A stretch of DNA of 64,000 nucleotides from Chlorokybus atmophyticus (lineage: Eukaryota; Plantae; Mesostigma and Chlorokybus algae): positions 664,524 through 728,523 of the forward strand of contig RHPI01000560.1 in the NCBI GenBank assembly GCA_009103225.1, read 5' to 3'. Shown in pieces: positions 24,741 through 44,580 of this stretch. The notes beneath the pieces are model-generated. The model did no database searches, had not been told where the DNA came from, and worked only from the letters and a program-made list of their open reading frames with translations. Position numbers and translations under genes: made by a program. How positions within the stretch are numbered: the first letter of the stretch is position 1; every line of letters starts with the position of its first letter.

Positions 24741-25830
24741 TGCACCGCTAGCTTCGCTAATTAGCGAACTTTACCTCTAGGTAGGCGGCATTTCGCTAAG
24801 TCTTATGCTCGGGTACATTCAGTCATTGATGATCCAAGTAGGCCGCCTTGGATTGACCCCAATTGAACCTTTACAACAATTACACATGCTCTTGCTTATG
24901 ACTTTAAAAGTGACCGAGCGACCATGATTTGCATCACTCTACAAGATCATAACAATTAAGTCAATGTGCTTTTATCTTCTTATTCGAGATGCACATACAC
25001 AGAAAAATAAGGTAATTCTTGGTCAACCATTTTAATCAAAAGCATGTACCTGCATCTTAACTAGCTGGGTCTCGATTTAGCAATGCTTCGCACTAATGTT
25101 ACAACATAAATACAAACACATGCATTTAAAGCGTATGTATTACACCGAGGTATAATTCTGAATGTAGTAAACTTTCATCTTTCGCTAATTACACTTTACG
25201 CAGTGTACATGGCTAGCTAAGTAGCTATATAGCATACATGCCGTAACAATTGCTGCATTTTCGCTACAATGTTTCAACTTTGTGTCACCTTGTCAATATA
25301 TATGACCTTACATTGTGTCCGAACAATGCTGTATATCAAGGCTGCATGAAGTGCTATAACAAGCGGTTGTCTTTGAAAACTTGTCAAGGTTAACCAATTG
25401 ATTGATTGATTCCCTTATAACATTTGCATTGACATTGCTGTTGTATGAGAACCATGGAGTTCATGCAAAGCTTATGCGCACATGGATAAAGTATAGGTCA
25501 TTTATGGAAATTTATGGAAATCCAAGGCTGCTGCTATTGCACATAACCAAAATCGTGCAATACATATATCCCACATGCTTCACGGCGCACGCAATCATCA
25601 CACACCACCTCGCACACATGCACGCCCATTGGGACAACGTACTAGGTTCATCCTACCTCTCCACCACTTGCTACTGCCTGTGTTGGTCTATTTTTTCAAA
25701 CTACACACCTCCACGATCTTCACTACTTAGCTCATTATTAATACAACTATGCTGACTGCAATAGTTACTTACAATACCACTGGCAAACAACGTCATGGTA
25801 TGACAGCACTTTTGAAGCTATGCCATAACA

Positions 25831-28079
25831 TCAAGGAGTGCTTAAGCCTGCTTGTACGTTGTGCCAGGTAGCACCAGTTTGGTAAGCCAAACATACCACT
25901 TGCACAGCAATGCCATCGGCAGTAACGTCTGCACGAGAAGCACTGGTCAGGGGTAATGCGTGACAATATGCAAGCAATGCTTTTAAAGAGGAACAATCAG
26001 GCAAGTGTTTGATATGTATGCAACGGCCATCGGCAATCACAAACATGGCAGGCAACATACTTGGCATATGCGGTTCCACAACGTTCTTGTTTTTGGCAAC
26101 CTGGAAATCATAACTTGCATGAGTCACAAGCAATCAAGTGCAACGACAAGTTGTAGTAAAGCAACGATGCAAGCCTCAGAGAAACAAGTACCTTGCTGAA
26201 ACCTCTGAAGCCATGTTAAGCTTTTGGGTCTGGCCTTGATGCGCGGATTCAGATGCAGGATGTGTACATGAATCTGCGGGCACTACCTTTTGCGCGAACT
26301 TCCCGCCAAACACTTGCCTTGCCACCGATAACTCCTGCTCATGACAGCATTGCATTACAAAACCACATGCACACAACCACAGCAGCAAGCTCAACCTCAT
26401 TACATACATGTTTGATGACTCACCTCTTGGTGTATGCTATTGAGCACTGTGCGTGCCTCTAAAAGCTTTGCGCGTACTTTGGCATCCTAAAATGATATTA
26501 TGACATCATCTGACATTGTCATGAAAGCAGCACCTCACGAAGCGTGTGGACAAACAGCACATTTTGAGTTTTGATTACATTTGGTGCCAGTTTTGCTGCG
26601 CGCTGCAACTCCTCGACAGCAGCTCGACAACTCCCCAACTTTAGCAGTGCTTCGCCTCGTCTGTACAGCAACTTGGTCCTCTGCAAGGGTGTTGTTTGCA
26701 CTATGAAAGCTTGACCACATGGTTAAGCCTTGATTTGGTTACATACTTCTGTTGCAGAAGGATCCAAGCTGAGAGCTTTGTCACACATGGCCAGCGCAGC
26801 ATTATACTCCTGCTTGTTCACATGAATGCCTTCAGTCAACTGCACATATGCATGTAAATATCATGGCAGCACGTTTCAAAGCTCTCACCTGCAACCGTAG
26901 GTGACAGGCAGCACTGTTTGAGTAGCACGTGAGCAGAATGCTGTTGCCTCTATCTGTCCTGCACCAGATAGCTGTTACATCGCTCACACAACACACTGGC
27001 GTGCTTATGCTTCAAGCTGTGTTTTCAGCAGCGCTCTGTTGTGTCTATGTCCTTTTCACCTATCACGGCTACCTGCTTACAGGCTTCCTGCTGCTGGATT
27101 CTGAGCTGTCTTCGCACCCTGCCAAGCCAACTCCATGCTGCGTGGGACAACAGGGCAGCAATGTTATGATTATGGGTAGCAGTGACTGATTGGTGCATTT
27201 AACTCATGTGTTGCACTGTAAACAGAGGAGAACTCTTTCCTAATCTCGGAAATCAACTAACCAAGTAATGGATTCTTATTATAACACACAATAGCATCTC
27301 ACCTTGAGAAAAGTGATGGTCTCGCTGTAGTTCTTCAGTGCCCATGCGAGCCGCCCCTCTTGGAAGTAGATGTTGCCTGCTGCCTTGTACAATTCTGCAA
27401 ACTGGCAACCAACCGTGGTATCCTTCAAGCGTCCTCAAGTAAAGTCCAATACCTTGGCACCAGCTCTAGTTTCAACGGGAAGGCTGCACTAGTCCATTTA
27501 CCTCATATTGCTCATCAACGGTCATGTCACCCAGGTTGTGGTCAGCGGGCACCAATTGGTTGTTTCGTTCCTGGTATAGGGCAAATACGCGCACAGAGTG
27601 GTAAATCAGATTAGCATATGACAATCTGCATTGCTAACAACAGTGCACACATATGCGATCAAGCCAACTACACTTCTACGCGCACGCATATGCATATGCA
27701 TTCGCATACGCACGCGCAGCAATAACCCACAGTAACTTGATAACACAACGCATCTACGCACACCAACCGTTACTGATCAAACGTTGCATACAGTCACACA
27801 GTCGGTGCAGCCGAGCCCAAACACAATTACTACATCAGCCTTGGTAGTGTGGAAACCAAAGCATGTTGTACTTAACTTTCAAAACTCTGTGACAAAGCAG
27901 CTCGACTTTAACACTGCTTTGCCCTAAGCTATGACAGCAAGAGCCGCCCTTACCTGTCGCAATTCATCGCTGTCGCCATCAGCTTCACACTGCTCCGCAG
28001 CCTCACCACTATCCCTTTCAGCAGGACGATCGCAAGCTAGGCTACCCACAGCCAAGCTATCCACCTCCGTCACGCTCAT
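25831..28079 (-). CDS. TPR-repeat protein (three-TPR clamp, co-chaperone-like), multi-exon; 3' boundary uncertain
   Basis: MSVTEVDSLA.. first exon (ATG 28079, donor ~27955); LYKAAGNIYFQEGRLAWALKNYSETITFLK; KQEYNAALAMCDKALSLDPSA; TKLLYRRGEALLKLGSCRAAVEELQRAAKLAPN; DAKVRAKLLEARTVLNSIHQE|ELSVARQVFGGKF. Confidence 0.75.
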
Positions 28080-28302
28080 GCTGACGCTCAATCACCAGCT
28101 CAAGCTACCGCCGTTGCCAGCTGGCAAGTAAGCAAGCTTGTGCCCCAAAACCTGAACACGCCCTGAGCCACGCTTTAAGACATGCATTTGCAGGCACGTG
28201 AACACGCGTGGACACGCCTAGATACGATGGACTCACGCCTTAGGACACGCTTGGCATCAAGTGCTCAAAGCTAACAACAAATGCTGTCCCGAACAGCTGC
28301 CA

Positions 28303-28333
<31 letters not shown>

Positions 28334-28784
28334 CGGTTGCGGGAGCATGGCCGGGGCGGAGCGTTGTTGTTGTTGTTGTCGTCAACGGTGATGGGTTGTT
28401 AGTGGGGTTTGCGTCAGGCAGCAGCAGAGCGAGCGCACGTCGTTCTTGTTGTCATTGACTGCTGCGGTACGGGCTATGAGTACGGTGCAAGTGGGTTTGT
28501 GTTTGTGGGTTTGCAATGTGTGCTGTTCGGCTGACTGGCAGGCTCCTTGGAATTGGCACTTAGAATTGGTGTTTGCTGCTCAGTGGTGATTTGAACTTAT
28601 TTGCACTGCGCATTTGGACTTGGACTCCCATAGGACGCAGCATGCATGCACAAAGACTTTGTCCACACTCATCACAACACAACAACGTCAGATTGCATTC
28701 ATTGTATATGTGGTCTGCTGCTCTGCTTTCTCTAAGCAATAACTGAGAAATTCTCGTATGACAGCTTAGTATTTGTGAGCAGCC

Positions 28785-37120
<8,336 letters not shown>

Positions 37121-37791
37121 CCGCGCTGTAGCATGGTTTGTCCTACATTTGTATTGTTGTTTGTCATCGATGAGGTATTGTTGTTCCCATGTCATGAATT
37201 GGAAATTGGCGTGCATTTGAGGCTGTGCTCCCGACTGCATGGAAGTTAAGCAGACATGTAAGTATTTACTGTTCTGCCATTGTGCACGTGTACTACAAGC
37301 TGCATTGCCTTGTTGATGCGGTGATGTGAATGTTGCTCTAATTGTATCCCTAACCCGTGTTGGCGTTTTGACCTTGTACCGATGTGACTTCACGTTGCTA
37401 GCTCAGCATAAGCCAGCCTCTGCATGTTTGTACTGCCTCAGGTCATACACAAGCGGGCTTCAGGTGTCCAGTTGCTTGGCGCGTCCTGACTGTGCATATG
37501 GCCAAGTTGTAGGCAGATACACCTTGCACATGTGCAAAGACCCTGCTGTGACGCACTGTCTGCTTGCGATGTGCAACTCTTTACTAATATGGTACACGTC
37601 GTAAGAGTGTGCTGATGAATGTCATGCCACTACATCATGTGCTGTACATGATCATGTGATTTTGTGTTGAGCAATTTATAGCAATCGGCATACTACAATT
37701 ACATTACACCACTAGCATGTCCAGCTTATCTACAACCAATCTTACTAGTTGCGAGGGTGAGAATCCAAGTTGAAGCGTGCCAACTCGGTCA

Positions 37792-39658
37792 TTAAGCTCC
37801 ATACAAGAGAGTCGCGGTCATGATGACGGCACCCACAGCAACGCCTTTCCACAGCTGCCGGTTGTTGTTGCACCTGAGCCCTTCTGGCAAGAGTTCCACG
37901 AACGAAACCGCCGTCATGATGCCGCCCACGAAGCCGAGCAGGTATTGTATCCGCAGCTGCAAGTTGATTACATAAGTAGTTACCAATCAAGTGTGTCCAC
38001 TAGCCACATAGGCACATACCGGTGTGAGGAAAGGGCGCACAAATAAGAGGGCGATCAATGCTCCCACGGGCTCAGATAAACCCGAGGCAAAGGCCATTAG
38101 CAGGGCCTTTTTGCGGGAGCCTGTTGCTGCAAACACCGGGGCCGCCACCACAACCTGTGAAAGGAGTTGTTGTTACACAAGCAACACGTGGACATGGGAA
38201 CACATTGGGCACTCGTTGGGTTGCTGCTTACGCCCTCCGGGATGTTGTGTACGGCGACGGCGAAGGCCATCAGGCCGCCCACGTCCGTGAATGACGCCAT
38301 GGCAACCGCAAAGCCCTCTGGCAGGTTGTGCGCCGTCATTGTCTGGTTTGCATATAATTGGTACACTTCCCAAACAAACGCACATGTCCACAGTATATGG
38401 GTGTGCGAACATATGTGGGCCACATATGCATGCAGATACACGCGCGCACTCACATGTCATCATTGTGTTGTAGCAGTCGTGCACGCATACACAAGAATGC
38501 AAGTGCAGTCACACGCACACACCAGCATCATAAGAAGCCCGAGCCGCAGTAGTCTTGCAGTGTTGCGCGAGGTCCCTTTGACCACACTCCCCGGCGTGTC
38601 CACACCGTCACCACCTGCAACAGCATTGCTGTTGCTATGACCACTGCGAGGAGAGGCGCCGCCGGGCCCGTTGCCGCCGGGGAGATACGGGCTGAGTGCG
38701 ATATAAAACCCCGCGCCGGATATAAACGCGGCGCAGACGGCAGCGACGCCGTTCTCGAGAGCATTGCGGATAAGCAAGTCCACAGCGGATATGCATAGCA
38801 TCACGCCGACGGCCGTACCGAGCAGAAAAGCAAGAAGCGCATCATCGGGCCTCCTTATCACCTGTATTGAGCGTATTGAACAAATTGGGTTGTGCACAAC
38901 TGGGTTGCGTGCTGTGCACACAATCCCAATTGAGTTGTGTGTTCACAACACAGAAATGAACAGCACACGTGTCGGCTTGGGAATGAGTACATGTGTGCGT
39001 GCGTGTGTGTGGTGAGTGTGTGGTAAATGTCTATGCATGCGTACGGGCATCTGTGATTATGCGTACAAATGCCTGCACTCATAAAAATAAATGTCTACTG
39101 ATGCAGAGATGTTGTGTGTACAATGTGTTGAGCTCTTGTATTTTACCTGTACATGTATATGACCAACTCATTCTAATGTATACGCCTGCATGTGTCTCAT
39201 GTCAACTTTCAGTATGCCAAATGCCCCCACCCCCACCCCCCACCCTCACCCCCTTTCATGAGCATGAAGCGGCATCCCTGTGTCATAAGCCATCTTTTAC
39301 TTGCTTGCATGTATCTTGTCTCATACAGTGCCACTGACCTTTACGTATGTCGTGCTGGACATAATCAACAGGGCTGAACAAACACAGTCCTGTGGGCCTG
39401 TCACTGCATGCGTGTGCTTAAAACCACGCACATGACGAAATGTGTTAAGCATTTTGATGTATGGTCTTGGAAGCTTGCATCTAGTGTACGCAATGTCAGC
39501 AATGCAATGCATAGTTCATCCTATGCATAGTTCATCCGATGCCTTGCAATGCGTGTCTAGCCACTCAGCCCACTGACCGCAATGATCCCCCCCAGCCCGG
39601 TTGACAACCCCGCAAGCGTCGACAGCGCCAATGAGCGCCTCTCCCCCTCATCCAGCAT
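37792..39658 (-). CDS. ZIP-family (ZupT/GufA/ZIP11-type) metal transporter, 5 exons
   Basis: Exon 1 MLDEGERRSLALSTLAGLSTGLGGIIA (39578-39658); LAFLLGTAVGVML; TM4 HNLPEGFAV and TM5 HNIPEG motifs; SGLSEPVGA; FVGGIMTAVSFVELLPEG; stop at 37792. Confidence 0.93.
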
Positions 39659-40637
39659 TGCTACCTGCCTCCCAAAGCGCCGCCACCGCCACCGTCACCG
39701 CCGCCACCGCCCACCCCGCCCAGCTCGCCAACAGCAACACCAACAGCAACACGATAGTGTCTCAACCTAACGTTTGGCAATAACGAGCAAACGTGAGAGG
39801 AGTTTCGTATAACGAGGGCAAAGATTCGCTGGGTGAGATGGTTCATCTCAGATGGAGCCTCAATGCTGCTAATAGGCATCTGCGGCCAAAACTGGTCATT
39901 CCTGCAAATCGTTCATCAGCGGCGCTACATGTCATAAGTGATGGCCTACCGGTAAGCGAAGACCAGATCCGAGGTAGGGCACCCGTGTCATGTTGCCACC
40001 ACATCGGTCATGAGTTACCACTTGTTGTGCCTATGATATTGGCCCTTGGAAGTGCTAGATATTGCAGCAAGACGTTGGCTTTTATACCGGTACGTGGGTA
40101 TCTGTCTACCTGGTAGTTGGAACAACGATAGTTATGAAACTAAACTTGAATGCGGTTATCCAACATGAAAACTATGATGTGGTCTGATCTATTAGGCTTC
40201 CATCAAAATCACACGAATGAGCCATGAAAATTGTGACGCCAAAGCAGTGCATCACACAATTTGCAAGATATCATAAACATGCAGATCAAGGCTATAACTT
40301 ATGATCATTATGGTGCACCAGTTATTAGCATAAAAAGCAATTGGCGTTGATGCACATATTACTTCCGGTCCGACTAAGTGCCTTACTATCATTTGTATTT
40401 CAGATACGGGGTATAATATGTTGTCTTTACAAATTGACATCATGTTGTTGTTATGATGATCAATTTGTTGAATTCTAATTCTCAGGTATTGCCGATTGAA
40501 GCTGACCCCTGTCCATCGACCTTCTTGCTGCGTAAGGGTTTCTCGCTAGAATCAGTCGTAGTGTCATAGCATCGTCATTATTATGTTTAAGTTGTTAAGC
40601 TCTACTTTATTCCCCTTATGATCATTATTGCCCCTCT

Positions 40638-40696
<59 letters not shown>

Positions 40697-40790
40697 CGTC
40701 AACGCGTGCGTGTGCGCACGGCTATTGTTAAACCGATTTTAATGCAACTCTTATGTACGTTGTTATTTATATATATATATATATATACAT
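40638..40790. repeat. (TG)n and (TA)n microsatellites
   Basis: Direct reading; similar (AAC)n, (GTT)n and (GCG)n tracts at ~1650, ~1880, ~28305 and ~43972. Confidence 0.9.
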
Positions 40791-41651
40791 ATATGGTACA
40801 CGCTTGCTTGATCCATGCACATTATCTTGAAGCAAGCGCGGACAGTCGTTGCTAATCACACAAAAAAGAAATGTCTCTAACTTCTTGCATGATGCCCTTA
40901 ATATTAACATTAACATTACAGTTCGCTCCTTTGTAGCAAATTTAATGACGCTGCAAGAAAAGAGTGTGCTCATGTACCACGATCTCGCGCAGTCAGATGG
41001 TAGTGGTGTTCTTTGCATATTGCGAACACAACACATATCCGCTCAAAGTGAATATATTTGTGCGTGTGTGCGTATGGTCAGTATGTTCGTAAATATATGT
41101 ACCCATGCCTGCAAAGAAGGAGTCTATCTATGTGAGCCTTTGTGTTTACCAAAGGGTAGGATTCTGTTTTGGGCTAGCTGTACATGTATGATCATGGAGC
41201 TCTTTATACACAAATTGTGATAGAAAAAGCATGGCAACAGGTAGTTTTTGTCATGTTGTATAGACATATGCCAAATGCCGCCACCCCCCATATCGCGCAG
41301 CTCAGCATCGAGAGGTATATCTTATCATATGCCATTCAAATGCAGCATTTTATACTAAGCTTCCAGTTCCCCCCATGCAGTTCCTTTACATTCATAGTTG
41401 CCCTTCAGTTGGCTAGGGGGAGATAATGTTGTATTCAACACGTCACGTTTTATGAGACTGCACATACACTAGGCTGGATGAAACCATAACCTAATGGTCT
41501 GCATTCGATGTTGTAAACATAATGATGCATGAGTTGTAACGTTCATTTATAGCGCACAACATGTCAAAAGGGTGCAATCCATAGTTCATCATGTGCATTA
41601 CAATATGTCTCTCAATGACTCAACCACTCAGTCACGCAAGTTGCCACTTAC

Positions 41652-41856
41652 TGCAATGCTACCCCCNNNNNNNNNNNNNNNNNNNNNNNNNNNNNNNNNN
41701 NNNNNNNNNNNNNNNNNNNNNNNNNNNNNNNNNNNNNNNNNNNNNNNNNNNNNNNNNNNNNNNNNNNNNNNNNNNNNNNNNNNNCCCCGCGCATTGTGTG
41801 GACAACCCCGCCAACGTCGATAGCGCCAAGGACTGCCTCTCCCCTTCATGCAGCAT
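41652..41856 (-). other. Diverged duplicate of ZIP exon 1 with an intact GT donor
   Basis: MLHEGERQSLALSTLAGLSTQCAG-[N gap]-GGSIA|gtaagt versus MLDEGERRSLALSTLAGLSTGLGGIIA|gtcagt; intron-side similarity continues (CCACTCAG, ATAGTTCATC, ATGCCAAATGCC). Confidence 0.82.
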
Positions 41857-43239
41857 TGCTAGCTACTGCCCGCCCTCAGCGCCGCCCAACCAGACGCCAT
41901 TGCTGTAACGCAAGGCTTAGCCGACTAGCTAGGCCATGGTTGCACAAGTTCTTACCATGAGTGGTTGCATATTGCTTACTACTACCAAATGCTTCATAAG
42001 CCCTTAGCCTATTCAACAATACCGGCATTACAGTCGCCGTCGACAACAAAGCTGTCCACCCTGCCGCCCCCCTCGCCAACAGCAACATAGCATGATAGGT
42101 ATTCCCCAGCTAGTAAATGTTCGGCATTACAAGCAAACAAAGGTTGTGCTGCGGTGGCGATGACGACGGCGGCGGCGGCGGGGCTGGCTTCTTCTCCGGT
42201 CGGCAGGAGGGTCTGCGCCGCTGCTTCCCTCCAATGTGGAGGCGCCGCGCAACTGCTTTGTCCTCTAGCAGCACGTCAGCTTGCGGCTGCGAGGAGGAGG
42301 CTCAGCATCATCAGCTTTGTCGATGAGCCGAGTGTGCTGCGCTGCTACTGCTGTGCACCTCAGCATGGCGGCGCCAAAAGCAATGACAAACCCTCGGGTA
42401 AGGTAAGGCTGAAAAAGGCGTATGTGATGTTTCGATTGTGCTGCCTATGTTAAACCTGTCAGGCTTCCACGCTGTGGTTGCGCATGCAATCGCTACTGCA
42501 TGCGCGGCCACAGCCTTGAAAGTTGTGGGACAACTTAAGAAACAAGCTTGCCCCAAAGGGAAGGGCGGGCAAGCTTGCGTATTGCAAAGGGGAGGTAATG
42601 TTGTTAAAGGCATGCAATCCCAAGGTGAATTTAGTCAACAGCCTAGTTATTGTTGAAACGGGCTCTCTTCCCTTTTTGGCAACGATTAACATCTTGTTGA
42701 TTGTTTTAGCAACAATAACAGCAACTACAGAACTGAGCTTGCGTAAAAAGCTAGTGTTTGTGAATGCCAGGGTCACGCATATGTGTCTTGCCCGCAGAGG
42801 AGCGTTCGTGGCAGCTGGTGCTTGAGGAACAATGCTGTGATTTGAAGGGATTAATAAAGTATTTGATCTCGATTCCCTTCAACGGTTACTTAGAGATAAC
42901 TTCAAAGAGGCCGTCAAACCTTAACCAGTCGTGCATCTGCAAAACTTGATGACGTCCACGCGACGGTTTGAAGAGGACATTCGGGATATCTTGTCATGAT
43001 GACAATAGATGGCGGAAATTGCCGGCACGCTAACCATCAATTGGTCTCCTTGCAAGGAGCTGGATTTGCAAGTCATGGTCGCACTATTCATGCGCTTCAT
43101 CGCGACAGACCTGAAGGGCCGATATGTGGGGCCGACTAGCATTGAGTCCCGTCTAGACACACCGATGTGTACAGCTTATTGCGGCTACAAAAATTAGCAG
43201 CATCATACTTGATGCTGGTGACATCGAGCGTCGTCGCAA

Positions 43240-43740
43240 ATTCACACGGTGACTGACAAGGGACTGAGGGCCTGACGAGTGCCTGACCCTGCCTGACCCT
43301 ACCTGACGTGACGGATTGTTCCATAAAGGGACTTTTTGGGACGGCCGTTTCTACCAAGATAAGTACAATCGACGGCGGCCTGCCTGTGACGGCAGCATCG
43401 CACTTTAAGGTGACGGCCGATTGTCGGTCGTCCCATTTGCGCGATGGTGACCTATCTGTTTAGCAGATAAGTCACGTTTTTGTCACATACAGTGACGGCC
43501 GACCGCCGGTCGTACCCTGACCGTCGAAAAGTATGCGCGACGGCCTGCCTACTTTGGCAAGCCAGTCACCGTTAGTCCCTATCAGGTGACCTTACCGCGT
43601 TTATTAAGTGACGGCTGATCGCCGGTCGTGCACTTAACGCGGCGGCGACCTACTTATTGTGTGTCAAGTATGATAAGCAAGTGACCGCCGGTCCCTAAAG
43701 GTCGGCAAGTCGGGACGGTGGTACCGGCCGGCCAGTCGAG
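43240..43740. repeat. Dispersed 22-bp motif array, transposon-subterminal-like
   Basis: GTGACGGCYGAYYGYCGGTCGT at 43410, 43492 and 43608, with partial copies at ~43306, ~43386 and ~43681. Confidence 0.6.
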
Positions 43741-43754
43741 ACGCTGGTACGATG

Positions 43755-44580
43755 CAGCCGCCGTACTATGTCAATGGTACGAACAGTGCCATTGTTGCAA
43801 TGGTACTATCGTACCATACCAATGGTACGATAGTGCCATTGCGACAATGGTACTTTCGTACCATTATAATAAAAAATACGATAATGCCGTTGCGACAACG
43901 CGTTTGAATAACTTGGGCTGCCCAAGTTATTCAAACGCTCAACGGCTTCAAGTTGAACAGAATAGCGTTATGGGCGGCGGCGGCGGCGGCGGCGGCTAGC
44001 AGTAGGTTAGCTTGGTTGCTGTCTGAAGTTGTACTACGCGCAACACCGCATGCCATCTAACCACCCTCCTTGCCTTTGGGCGGCCAGGCTAGGCCAGGCT
44101 AGGCCAGACAAGGCCAGGCGGCGGCAGCGGCGGCGGAGAAGGAACGGTGGCGGCGGAGCTGGAGCGGGCGGTGCAGGAGCCGCAGCTCAGTACAAGGGTA
44201 GTATTAGCAGTAGTACCTAAGGTAGTAGTAGTGGTAGCAGTAGTGGTAGCAGTAGTGGTAGTCTCGTTGTACTAGCAACAGTAGTAGTAGCTCAATATAT
44301 TACATTGTAATTTATTTCATTGTTTTTTATTATTTGTCACGCATTCTTGCACAGCTGATGATGACAATCATGTGTGACACCTATTCATGACTGAGCGGTA
44401 CCAGCAGGTACCTTTTAAGGTACATATCATTAACGGTAGGTATCTTAAGGTACCTAACAATTTCGCTCAATTAGCGTACAGTCGCCGGTACCTAACTAAT
44501 AGGTACCGGTCAGTTACCTGTTAGTTAGGTCAAGTACCCTTTGCTTAACTGTTGAGTACCTAACAGGTATATATTACTAG
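43755..44580. repeat. Two clusters of GGTAC(C) motifs flanking a low-complexity core
   Basis: AATGGTAC repeats at 43755-43900 and GGTACC(T) repeats at 44395-44580. Confidence 0.5.

Noticed and set aside
26455-26457. GC donor in the TPR gene (GAG|GCACGC)
   Set aside because: The frame continues (ARTVLNSIHQE) to a canonical GAG|GTGAGT donor.
27418-27425. U12-type donor GTATCCTT
   Set aside because: On the plus strand, while the gene here is on the minus strand; no matching branch point seen.
39793-40560. 107-aa ORF and neighbours upstream of ZIP
   Set aside because: No motif, no splice logic, and stops in the alternative frames.
43410-43629. CRISPR-like repeat-spacer array
   Set aside because: Only three degenerate copies, unequal long spacers, eukaryotic context and no cas genes.
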